From: Lophium mytilinum
Lineage: Eukaryota
NCBI GenBank assembly: GCA_010093605.1
Contig: MU004200.1
Location: 124,001-188,000 of the forward strand
Reading direction: 5' to 3'
DNA length: 64,000 bases
The position numbers were made by a program, and so were the translations under genes. This document shows positions 37,670 to 49,623 of this stretch, piece after piece. Under the pieces are notes generated by a model. That model saw only the letters and a program-made list of their open reading frames with translations, ran no database searches and was not told where the DNA came from. Each line of letters begins with the position of its first letter. The first letter of the stretch is position 1.

Positions 37670-40600
37670 CTATGAGTCTACCGAGTACTCATCAATAACG
37701 CTCTTCGGCTTGACAAATTTCCCAAGAGGCTTATACTCTAAATGATCGAGCCCAAACCCCTTAGGACCGCCAATTTCAATCCCGCGAGGTGTAGAAGTCC
37801 ACCTATCTGACGCTGTGATCCCCAATACGGTCACCAGTAGACCATATCTGTACTCAGGCGTCCCAATAGCCTCACCATTCTGAGCATCAATGACAGCAAT
37901 GAGATCCGGTACGATAGCGAGCTCGTCCTCGCTTCCATCCTCATTCATCTTCATAGCAGCAATGTTCTCGTTCTTGAACGGGATCTTGATCTTCCCAGAA
38001 AACTCCGATGCTTTATCCGCACCTCCGTCGCTGATATCGGCGCCTTCGATGATGACTTCGCCGTAGACATGGCCCATTCGAAGTGTTCTTTCAACCCCCA
38101 CAATCTTGCCTTTGAAGAGGACTTGAGCGGTTTCAGGCCCTCCTACTTCATCGATAATCGATTCCGCTACGTTGTCAATGCGATTGTGTTTTCTTGCTTT
38201 CGCGACCGCGCGCCCTATTCTCCAGGATAAGGATATCGTGTGCTCAACAACCCACCTCTTCGTCTCTGCTCCAGTCACAGGACCTTCCGCGCAACCAACA
38301 TGCGAACCCAACTGCGCAAGCCCTGCTCGAAACACCTTCTCCACGGTAAGGTCACTCGAGGCTTTGGGCATATACACCACGTTTCCGTTGCCATCTGTCA
38401 TCACGATTGGGCAGAAGACGGGTCGCCGTTCGTCAAAAACCACTGGGGTGGTCTGCCACTTTGTGGGATATGCGCGACCCATCCAGTCGCCGTCGACAGT
38501 TGGGATGTCCATATTCGTGCTGGCACCGAGGATCATACCTTGGAGACCGTTACCGCCGCCGATTTCGAGCGCGATCATGTGGGTTGCTCGCCCACCCTTG
38601 AAGAGGGCATAGAGCTCTTCTTGTGCCTGTAACATTCTTTCGCAGGATTAGCTCAAAGAATGTGGGAAGATGTGACCGATAGAACTCACTCATCACCTTG
38701 TAGCTTCTCAATGCCCACGGTCGGTGACCCAGCCCCTCCTCCGCAGCCGATCAGATCGTCATCTTTCAGGTCGTATGGATTGATCACTCTTATGACACCG
38801 CCTGCCCGTAAGATGCTACGCATTCGAAGCATGCTGGAGTACGGACTGCCGCCCCCGCCAGTTCCGAGGATATAGCAGCCGATTGTTATATAGCTCAAAT
38901 CGGTTTCACTTACGTACCACGTCCGATTCTCAACTCGTGGCTTGTAGGTCTCAAGCTCCTCCTCTTTGACGACAATCTCTATCTCATCTTCCGTTTTCTC
39001 CTTCGACGCCTGGTTGAACTCCTTCATCTCGTCATCCGCCTCTTCGTTTCCCGGTATATGGAGATGCTCAAAGTCGCTAGCACGGGAGAAATCGAAGTCT
39101 CCAGCTGCCCGAACGATGAACCTTGTTTTGTGCGCAATATATTGCAGCGGTAGAGTTTCGACCTCAACGATCTTCACGGAATCTCGAATTGCGCCAGCTT
39201 CCACCGTTTTTTCTACGGCCTCAGCCGAGATCTTCTCTAGAAGTTGTTTCGTGTTCTTCGTCTCGGTAGACTTAACGGTATCAATCACGGCACTTACTCG
39301 AGCCATGGCGGCGCCAATTGCGTTGGCTACTCCGGACCACTTTGGTTTGAGAACCTGACTGGCGCCTAGCAAATTGTCTGGTGCAATAACGGCTCCGCCT
39401 CCTACCAGCAGGACTGGGAGATCTTCGGGAGATGTCTTCATTGTGTCGATGACTTTTTCTAGCATCTTCTTCACGGTAGCTTGGTACTCCGCGGCTTCTG
39501 CTACTGTGATGTTTGCCACTAGCGAAGCATTACCTATGCCAAGCGACGGATCTGAAGCTACAGTGTAGTCCGTGGCTGTATGTACATCGCCGCCAAATAC
39601 AAGTGCCTTCTTTGGTAGTTTGTATCCGACTGAGTCTGGGCCGACGGTCATTTTCCCTGCTACAGTGCGGACAAGTGAGCCACCACCTAGGCCTACACTA
39701 CGAAGAGTTAGCATGCTTCGGTCTATACAGAAGTTGAACCAAACCTCGAACATACCTCTTGACATCAGGACAAGAAAAGTTCATTCTCACGCCAGACAGT
39801 TCACTATACGCAGCTTGCTGTCGTGGAAAGCCATTCGCTAGTAGCAAACCGACATCCGTCGTCGTTCCACCTGTCCCATTGTCATTCGCCGAACTACTAG
39901 ATCATTGCCAACATACTCACCAACATCGACCACCATCATAGCCTCCTTAATCTCACTCCCCACCAAAAATGCTGCACCTCTCATACTATTCGTCGGCCCA
40001 CTCGAGAATGTTCTAATCGGCAACCTCGCCGCCGCATCACCACTCAAAAGAGTCCCATCATTCTGCGTAATGAAAACCGGGCATTTCAGACCCAGCTTGT
40101 GGATTGGCTCCTGGAAACTCCGTATCGTCTTCTTCGCAAACGCGAGAATGCTCGCGTTCAAAATCGCCGCGTTCTCGCGCTCCAGAAACCCTAGATTCGC
40201 TACCTCGGCGCTCAGCACTACGTCCACCCCCGGAATCTCCTCACGGACGATGGCGGCGGCGCGTTCTTCTTGTCTCTCTACCGTGTCGATGGGGCTGAAG
40301 ACGCCGTTGACTACCACGCTCTTGATACCTTTGGATTTGATGATGGCGCATTCGCGGCGGATCTCAGCTTCGTCCAGAGCACTGATAAGATTGCCGTCGA
40401 CTTCGAGTCCACCTTTGACGAGAGCGTAGTAGCCTAGGATTAGGCGGCGCATATCGGCGGGCCAGTCGACGCAGGGGGGTGCGTGCTTGGAAAAAGGCCC
40501 GCAGAGGCGGAGCACAGCGACGCTCGAAAGGCGGGAGGAGTCGCGGGTGACGACTGCGTTCACGAAGTGGGTGGTTCCGATTGTGACGGATGCGATTGAA

Positions 40601-40862
40601 GTGGGTGATACGGAAGCCGCGGTGAACATGGTCTGGATGGTTGATATAATGCCCGCGCTCGGGTTTGGGGTTGTAGGGGATTTGTGCCTGGGGAGTCAAC
40701 GTGATTTGAGATTTCTGAATGATTAGGGGAGAACTACCATGCTATTATGCCTTTGTCTGGCTCTGAAGCTCGTGATGGGTCAAGGATTACACCGTCTGTA
40801 TTAGTCCCTCCGACGTCGACGCCTATGCGAAGGGTTTTGGAGGGGATTGGAGTGGAACCCAT
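37670..40862 (-). CDS. Hydantoinase/oxoprolinase N-terminal (actin-like ATPase) domains fused to DUF917
   Basis: LRIGVDVGGTNTD, IGTTHFVNA, GFLERENAAILNA, SSGPTNSMRGA, VDVG|GTTTDVG, VGLGGGS; DUF917 part ILGTGGGGSP, EIGGGNG, DGDWMGRAYP, FKNEN, PDLI, EYRYGL. Four introns. Confidence 0.92.
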
Positions 40863-41589
40863 CTTGTCTATTGTTGAGAATTCTGAGGTCGTGATTTGGC
40901 AGTAGATACCCTGAGATGCTTCCTCCCTTTGCTTCTCTTAGCTATCCAGAAGCTAAAGGAATCTGAAGGGTGAGGATGAGTTAACGTTGGGAAATCACGT
41001 GCTAGTCCGATATCGGTATCTGATGATCAGATACCCCTGACCCTAGTCACTCTTCACTGCGGGGTTTGTCTTTGCTCCCACCCACCTTTCAGATATGTGT
41101 ATCTTGAATGTTTTCTACGATACCATTAGTATAAAGTTAATATCAAGCCCATCGCTTCAGATGCGGGAATGTCCGACGGGTTTGCAATATGTAATCCGAC
41201 AACACCTATCACCACTCCGGGACTTATCCTTCCGACAACCCCAGGAAGCTGTCAGGCTGTCTGACTTGTCCATGTTTGGTCTAAACAGCAGCGATAGACG
41301 GGCCCAGTCTGGGGTAGAACTGCCAACAAGGTGTCGGATACGCTATCAATACGACGGTGATACGCACCTTGCTGCCGATCTGGCGATAACGTGAGTCGGC
41401 CGACGTTCACACTCTCCACTCTTGCTCTCTGTCTCACGCTGTAGTCGTACAAGCAATACCGACTTAATCCCGTGTCACTATCTTATCCGAACCTCAACTG
41501 CCGTCCCAAGCATGTAAAGACTCCAAACTCCCGCCCCCAACCGAGAGAATTACTCGAGACGCGCTTCTATCCTCGACAATTCGTCCAAG
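40863..41589. promoter_or_regulatory. Bidirectional promoter with clustered TCCGA(C) and GATA sites
   Basis: TCCGA at 41006, 41172, 41195, 41231, 41486 and on the reverse strand at 41334-41338. CTTATC at 41223 and 41482. Confidence 0.45.
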
Positions 41590-43527
41590 ATGGCCCTCCG
41601 CCACCGTCTTCAAAAGATTCGCGAAAAGATTCAATTGCACGGTGACGATGAGCAGCACGAGCAGACAGATTCGTGGAGCAACCGTGACCTAATTCCCCTC
41701 CCGCCTGCACGGCGAACATGGGGCTGGTTTCATTTTTTCGGCTATTGGGCCATCAGTAGCTTGAATATCTCGAATTGGCAGACCCCGAATTCGTTCCTGA
41801 GTAAGTGCTTTCGGGGCCTTTCATGCTGCCTGAGATTCAGCGTGGAGAAAATCTAGAAGATACTAATTGCGCCCTAGCTCTTGGACTCTCAGTAGGCCAG
41901 TCCATGCTGATCATCGTGGTCGGCCGTCTACTTATTGCCATGTTCTCTACGCTCATTGCGTGGTGCGGCTTGGAATGGCATATCGGTTTCACGGTGCAGA
42001 ACCGGTATACTTGGGGCATGCGAGGGAGCTACATTCCCCTTTTGCAGCGCATTCTACTCAACTTCATCTGGACAGCTGTGCAATGTAAGAAGCATCTTCC
42101 ACATCTCACAGTATATAAAAGCTCATTCCCCACTAGGCTGGAATGGCGGACGACTTATTGCGTGAGTGCAAGCTCCCAGATCAATGAAAGTGCTATCACT
42201 AACCCCCCAAAGCGTCTGCATAACCGCCATATGGCCCTCCTTCGCGCGCATCCCAAACACCCTCTCCGCCTCCATGCCCACGACCACGTACCAGTTCGTC
42301 GGCTTCATCCTCTTCTGGACTTTCAGCACCCCGTTCCTCCTCATCCGCCCCGAGAAGTTCAAGCTCCCGTTTCAAGTCGTGTCCCTCTACTGCGGCATCG
42401 GCATGCTCTGCATGATGACATGGGCGCTCGCGACGGCCCACGGCGTCGGCCCGCTCTGGAGCACCGGTACCGCCATTCCGTCGACCAGCATGTGGAACTC
42501 GAGCTGGCTGATCATGGCGGGCATCAACCAGATGATCGGCGGCATCGCGGCCGGCATCACCAACGGCAGCGACTTCAGCCGCTACGCGCGCGGCCCGGCC
42601 CACTACGTCGGTGGCACCGTCGCCTCGGCGTGGATCGTGGGTGTCATGGTAAGTTTCATCGGGCTGGTCACGACGAGCGCCGCGCAGAAAATCTACGGCG
42701 AAGTCTACTGGAACCCGCCCGACCTGCTTATGGTGATGATGGACAGCGGGAACGGCTCCTCTAAAGCCCGTGCCGGCGTCTTCTTCCTCTCCCTCGGCTT
42801 CGCGCTGACGGCTATGTTCGAGAACATCTGCGGGAATGCGGTGGCTGGCGGTATTGACCTGGCGGGGCTGTTCCCGCACTACATTAACATCCGTCGTGGA
42901 GCCATCATCACTTTCATCGCGGCGTGGGTGGTGCAGCCCTGGCAGCTGATTAACAAGGCGACGACATTTATCCAAGTGCTGAGCTCGTTTTCGGTGTTCC
43001 TGGCGCCTCTTATTGGGGTCATGGCGACTGATTATTATATTCTGAGGAGCCGGAAGGTGAAGTTAAGTCATTTGTATCGGACACACGATAGCGATTACTG
43101 GTATTGGCACGGGGTCAATTGGCGCGTTGTCCCGGCTTGGCTCGCCGGCTGGGCTCCAACAGTAGGTGGGTTAGTCGTCACCGTTCAAGCAAAGGAGAAT
43201 CCACCGAGGGGATTGGTGCAGCTATATTATATGGCTTTCTTGATTGGTGAGTCGTGATTCCTTGAGTTTAACATTTGGATGCTAATCTGTGGTTTAGGGT
43301 TCTTTGTGAGCAGTACCGTGTTCTTAGTACTCAACAAAATCTTCCCGAGGGCGGGGATGGGCGAGTATGACGAAGTCGATCTCTACGGAACTTTCACGGC
43401 CAAAGAAGCAGCGCGTCTAGGAGTGATGAGACTGGAAGACTCCGGGGATGTTATTGAAGGAGAAGAGCGGGTTGTAGATGTAGAAGACAAGAAAGGCACA
43501 ACCGAAGAAGTGGTTGAGAAGAATTGA
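41590..43527 (+). CDS. NCS1-family nucleobase/allantoin/hydantoin permease (Fur4/Dal4-like)
   Basis: WSNRDLIPLPPARRTW, HIGFTVQNRYTWG, NGSDFSRYA, YWNPPDL, YINIRRGA, VQPWQL, DYYILR, YWYWHGVNWR. Includes a 25-nt exon (42137-42161). Confidence 0.95.
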
Positions 43528-44310
43528 TAGTCCTCGCTAGATCAATAGACATGTTCTATAGAGCGCTCCGATTCCGGGGCCCACTGCGCTTACAGCGTTT
43601 GAGGACGATCACAATATGCTCACATTGAGGACTTTGTAGACCACGCGTTGCGATATAACTAGGTTAAGGGGCGTGGTAAAAGAGGTGGCTGGGCCCAACC
43701 ATCTATTTAAGTAACATTCCTTCCCTATCCCATGAGTTTCGAGGCACCATCTCAACACAGGTATCGATATTATCAAAAGTTAGGTTGCTAACTCCAAATT
43801 AGCTTGCGACCTCTGTATATCAGATTTACCGGAAATCCGCTGATCACGTGCAAACTGCGGGCCGGTAAGCGCTTCTTCTTACCTAGCCCGTATCCACCAT
43901 CGCCCAGCGCCAATCAAAGGCTCAAACAGTCTGCTTACTACTTCCCCGCGTCCACTGTGGGTCGGACCAAAACACCAAGCAAGACATGCTGCAGCTCGAA
44001 CCGCCTAGGCCTGTTGTGCTGCGCTATCTTCCAATAGGAGACCGCGCATTAGATGGTGGCGGCACGTTGCAGCACCTACGCTCAAACCCGAGCTGAAAGC
44101 TGCACCTAGGCTCTTCAGCCAGCCTAGAACCTCACCACAACATATTGAACGCGTTCCCCCGGCTGAAAGAGGTACTTACAAACGTTGATACCTCGACAGC
44201 TTGATACTAATTCTCAAATCTTTCTATGACCGTCCCTTGTCACCTTTTCTAACTCCTACATAACCTAACTCTCACATCACCTAACTACTACACCACCTTT
44301 CCTAAGAAGA

Positions 44311-45243
44311 ATGGCCACCACTCCCCCTGACGGCCACCCACCTGTGGACTGGACCAAATGGGAGCCAGCCGGCGACGGCGACGGTAAGTCACAGAAATCT
44401 AATAGCCAATCTATCCCCAATATCCTCTCTAAAACTCCCAAGTCCGCTCCCCATGCCCCATGATCAACGCCCTCGCAAACCACCACGTGCTCCCGCACAA
44501 CGGCAAGAAGATCACGAAAGAAATGGCCATCACCGCGCTCGTCGACGCCATCAAGCTCGACTCCAAAATCGCCACCGTCTTCGCAGGCTACGCGGTGACC
44601 GCGAACCCAGACAGCGCCGCACACTCGTTCGACCTCGATATGGTCGATAAGCACGGTTTGATCGAGCACGACGTCTCGCTCTCCCGCAGCGACTACGCGC
44701 TCGGCGACAACCACACCTTCGACAAGGGCGTGTGGGAGCGCGTTATGAGCACGTATGAGGGGAAGACAGAGACGGACTTTGCGACGGTGAGCGAGGCGCG
44801 GTATGGGCGGGTGTTGGCAGCCAAGAAGGCGCATGAGGAGGCGCAGAAGACGTTTGAGTATGGCATTAAGGAATTTGTGCTGAGCTATGGGGAGTCGGCG
44901 CTGTTTCTGGGGATTTTGGGTGATCCGAAGGAGGGGAAGATTCCGGTGGAGTATTTGAGGGTGTTGTTTGGTAAGTCAGCTCCACGTTTTAAGGAGGAGG
45001 AATCTATTTGGGGGGTTCGTGAAGCTGATTATATGCGTAGAGCAGGAGAGACTCCCGTTCAACGAGGGCTGGCGACCCAATGAGAAGGTTGTGACGCAGA
45101 CGGATATGAATCATCTGATCTTCAAGCTTATCATGGCGAACCAGCATAAGGCTGCCGAGGCCGCAGAGGTGGGTTTGGGGTCAGTTCATGCTGTTGCCTC
45201 AGCAGTTACGAATGTCATGCCGACATACTGCACGATCATGTAG
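44311..45243 (+). CDS. Heme-thiolate peroxidase / short unspecific peroxygenase (chloroperoxidase family), 267 aa
   Basis: Exons 44311-44383, 44443-44970 and 45041-45243 give VRSPCPMINALANH, IEHDVSLSRSD, SYGESA, ERLPFNEGW; ends PTYCTIM*. Confidence 0.93.
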
Positions 45244-45396
45244 GGGGGAGGTTCTTTTTACTGCTCGTGCTGCTCGCCGTTTCGTATCCGGATACCCTAA
45301 GGAAGATCAGACTCTGGGCCAGAGAGACATACGAACAAGTTACTAGAGTATGCACCTCGTCGGTGCGTCGTACCTGGCTTCTTCGTAAGCTAGAAT

Positions 45397-48300
45397 TTGG
45401 GCTGCCGTTCAATCACCCAGTTGATCCGTTGATTGAGTTAATTGACAAAACCTTCAATCAACTCAATCAACGGATCATCTGGGCTAAGTTTAATCAATCA
45501 ATTACAAGAGGCCCAGTTAATTAACGGTTGACGTGCCGTTGAAGTTATAAGTTTGGTGTTGTATTTTGGCTACCGGAGGTTTAGAGGTCCGCAATCCTCG
45601 GCCTCTTATTAGTCTACCTATACTCTAGCTGACTAACTAGCCTATAACATACTCGCTATCCTTAGCCTTCCTATTTTATACTTGCTATTCTCTATATACT
45701 TGCCATAATCTATATACTTCCCGTTTTACGTAGCCTTAATTTATTGCTAAAATTTAGAGTTTTTATAATGGCTTCCATATAATAGCACCACTACTACTAT
45801 TTTCATCGCCAACGCCCCTATACTTATTGCCGCCATGCCTCCTGCCGCACACGGTTATTATGCTTAACGTCCTTAGCACCGTAATGCACGCTATACCAAT
45901 TCTCTAGCCGCCGCCGCCGTTAACAAATATAACATTCCCCCTTATTCTACCCGCCCTTCTACTAATGCGCCTATAGATGAGAACATCGCTCTTAGAGAAG
46001 CTAATAATAACGTTAATATGCCTAATAGCGATGTAGTCTAATAATAAGGGGCGGAGGCAGCTATATAGGTAGACTACGTTACTTTATATAATAGAATTAA
46101 TTAGAATTACCTTCCCGGATATTATTAGCCTATATAGAGTGCCTATACGCGTTATAGTAAGTTCTAGTTATTTAGCTATAATATCTTTAAGGAATTAGAT
46201 AGTAAGTAGTAGTAGTATTATAAGATCTACTATAAATAGAAGGCTATTAATAGCCGCCGTAACTACTATATCTATCTTAGTAGAGGAATAGAAAATTATA
46301 TAAGCTATCTTATAAAATAATATAGAATATTTATTAGCTAGTAAGGCCCCCTTAAGAAGCTATCTATTATTAAAAGCCTATAGCTAAGTATAATATATCT
46401 AGCCGGTTAATAGATAATTAATACTATTATCTATAGTTTCTAACCTATCTATTTCTTCTAGCTTCTTATATAATAGCTAATCTACGTAAAGATACTATTT
46501 ATAGCTATTAAGAATATATACTTCTATACCCTTCTTACCTACCTTAATAATACTATAGATAAAGGTAATTATCTACTTAGCCGGAGCACTACTTATATAA
46601 TAGTAATATAGGAGTTCTATTAGTATTAAAAAATAGTTAAGAAGCTACTTAATATTGTACCCGGAAAGCTATACTTCTTAATAGATATCTAGACAGCGCG
46701 TAATTAAAAGGCGCTACTTAGTATTAATATCTACTTTATAGACGCTATAAATATATATAGATTAATAGTTCTAGCTTTACTAGAACTACTTATAGAGTAT
46801 AGCGGCGTTAATATTAAGAATATTATAATAAAGATCTTTTAGGTATACTCTTTATTTTATATATACTCTCTATTTTATATAGCCTATATATAGCCTATAT
46901 ATAGTCTTTCTATTTTATATTATACTAATATCTCTCTTACTTAGCTATTTAGTATACGCCTAGATTAAGTTAGCTATATTATTACTAATAACGCGTTAAA
47001 CCTTAATATCTTTATGCGTAAGATAGGGGCCTTTAGTATTAATAAACTTAAATAACGGCTGCGCTGCCTTAGTTATATTATTAACCTTATAGTTAGTACG
47101 CTATTTACTAGTAAATAGAAAGATGTATTTACTACTAATTATAAATATAATATTCTTAATAAGTAAATAGTAATAGAGCTATAAGTATAGCGGTAGCTTA
47201 GTCTAATTATAAAGCTCCGCTATATTATAATATAGCTATTTAATAGTAAGTAGCGGATGCGACGCCTTACTATATACTAGGTAGAGGCTAGTAATACATA
47301 CCTTCTTTCTATTAAGCCTATAGCTACTAGGTAGAATACGCTTAAAGTAATAATAGAGTATAGTATTTAAATATAAGTATCTCTTAATATAGTAGTTATA
47401 GAGGAGGTTATTAGTATATTATATACTCTCTATTATATACTCTCTATTATATACTCTCTATTCTCTATAGCCTTTTACCCGCTAATCTATTAAGTAGAAT
47501 AGAACGCATACTAGATAATAATTATCTAAAACTATACACGGCTACTATCTAATAGACAGCGTACGCGACTAAAGATTATTAATAACTATCTCTTAGATAA
47601 TAATTAGGTTATTATTATATAATACTTAGAGCTTTTAAAGCTATTTAAGATTACTATAAAGCGCCTTAAGAGTTATATCTATAGAGGGAGAGGTAGTTCT
47701 CTATAAAAGGTTTTACCTATATTTAAGCTTCTACTAGCTTATCTTAAGAGAAGTAAGATTACGTACGCTCTATACCTAGAAACGCACTTTAAGAATAGCA
47801 TTAATCTAGGTATATATTCTATCTAATCTAGGTAGAGAGGCTATATATAATAGAAAGTATATATAGTAGACTATATAAAATAGTAAGTATAAATAAATAT
47901 AGTAAGTATAAATAAATATAGTAAGTATAAATATAAAATAGAAAGGATAAATATAGGGTATATATACTAACGTTTATTCTTTCTATTCTACTTTAGCCTT
48001 TCTATTTTATATAGTCTACTATATATACTTTCTATTTTATATAGCCCTCTATCTTATATAATATTAGCTAACTAGTATAATAGTATAGATAAAGCTTAAT
48101 AAATATTACTATCTTATAGATTAAACCCCTGCGTATATTACTACTATTATTCTTTATTCTGCGCATAAATAGGCATAGGTAGAGAAGAGGTAGCTAATAA
48201 CCTAGATTAGACCTACTAAAGAAAGAGTACTATAGCTATAGAACTTAATATATAAGAATAAGGTAATTACTAAAGAGCTAGAACCTATTTATTAGCTAGA

Positions 48301-49088
48301 GGCTTTAGCGTATAATAATAATAAATAGTTTAGTACTAGCTTTATAAGTAGCTTTATAAGTAGCTTTACTAGTAGCAGCATAACTAGCTTAGGCTTAACG
48401 CTAGCCTTAGGCCGTAATAATAAATACACACGGTGGCTTACTTATAGAAACTATCGCAATAACATCCTAGTAACCGACCCGGTGGCGTATTAGGTTGCAG
48501 AGCTTAGGCGCCGCGAATTCCCTCGCCTCGCGCGCATAGCTCTTAATTATCTATCTGCTCCTACTATAAGTATGTCTAATAAACAAGACTTTAACTAAAT
48601 AGGCTTACTTTAGAACCTAAAAAGGTCCGCCTTACATGCTAATGTTATTAGCGCCTACATATCGCTCTCTTTATGGGATAATAAGGGAGTAATTAGTTTA
48701 CTAGATGGGGGCCTTGTGCGAGGAAACTATCTAAAGCGACGTCGAGCTGATATAATTAAGGAACCTAACCTCGGCGTTGACGACGTTGACGACGTTGACG
48801 ACGTTGTTGACAATGGCGATACCAAGGAGGACGGTGATACTAAGGAAGAGAGTATAGCAGAAGATAAATAGCTGGGTTGTATAGCCTTTTCTATTTATTT
48901 AATTGCAGTTTAGACTTTAACACCACGTATAGAATTATGCCAAGGATCTCTACTTTTACTATGTTAATTGATTAATCACCTTAATCAACGCGTCAATCAA
49001 TCAATTAACTTAGAGCTCTGCTGACTAAGGCGTCAACTCAATCAACGGCGAGAGGCCAAGGTGATTGATTGATTGAACGGCAGCCCTG
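45397..49088 (+). mobile_element. RIP-inactivated hAT DNA transposon (~3.7 kb)
   Basis: TIR core GGGCTGCCGTTCAATCA (45399-45415) is inverted at 49070-49086. 8-bp TSD GCTAGAAT (45389-45396) / GCTAGAAA (49089-49096). Transposase relics: ID I*T (D.WT, 46681), ITNNA (TDNA, 46981), LRCLSYIINL (CxxH, 47059), TR*N (47326), DPVAY*..REFPRLARIALNYLSAP (dimerisation domain, ~48475-48560). Extreme TpA excess and CpA/TpG loss. Confidence 0.93.
47839..48046. repeat. ~45-bp inverted repeat flanking 19-bp tandem repeats inside a transposase intron
   Basis: GGCTATATATAATAGAAAGTATATATAGTAGACTATATAAAATAG (47839-47883) matches the reverse complement of 48002-48046 with one mismatch. TAAGTATAAATAAATATAG occurs ~2.6 times between the arms. 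Confidence 0.85.
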
Positions 49089-49623
49089 GCTAGAAACTTA
49101 TTGTTACAGTCTTTCACTCAGCATTAGGTCAAACAAGAATGGTTTCTAGCAGGAGGCCGCAGGAGGCGAGCGTCCCTTCCTTTCAATTATGCTGGACCTC
49201 AGAAGCAATCCCAAGGCACAGTTCCACAATGACAATCCTCTTCCCCGGGTTTTCTGGATGTATCAACTGTTTAAATCAACATTCCCTTTTATCTCAGTTT
49301 CATCCAATCAACGCAGTGATATTCTTGAGTACCTTGGTCAAACAATCGGGGTTTTCTTGCTTCTATGGTTTTTTTTCATTGCTCTGTCAAGAACACATCA
49401 CCTTTTACCATAAAAGCTCATTCAATTGTGGAGTTCGCCCTAATGGATGCATTACCTATCCGTTCATTGTCAACAGTCATCAGATCCCGATCCTCTCTAC
49501 CCATTTTCCCGGTTCTAATTAGCTCCATCGTTAGATGCCGTCAGTCGTAGCCTTCTCAAGAACGCCACTACCAATCAGCGCCGGTCATGAAAACCCCTTC
49601 AGATCGTATCGATACCAACGATA

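Noticed and set aside
47884..47935. CRISPR-like or satellite array
   Set aside because: Short AT-rich tandem repeat without spacers inside a RIP-ed eukaryotic transposon.
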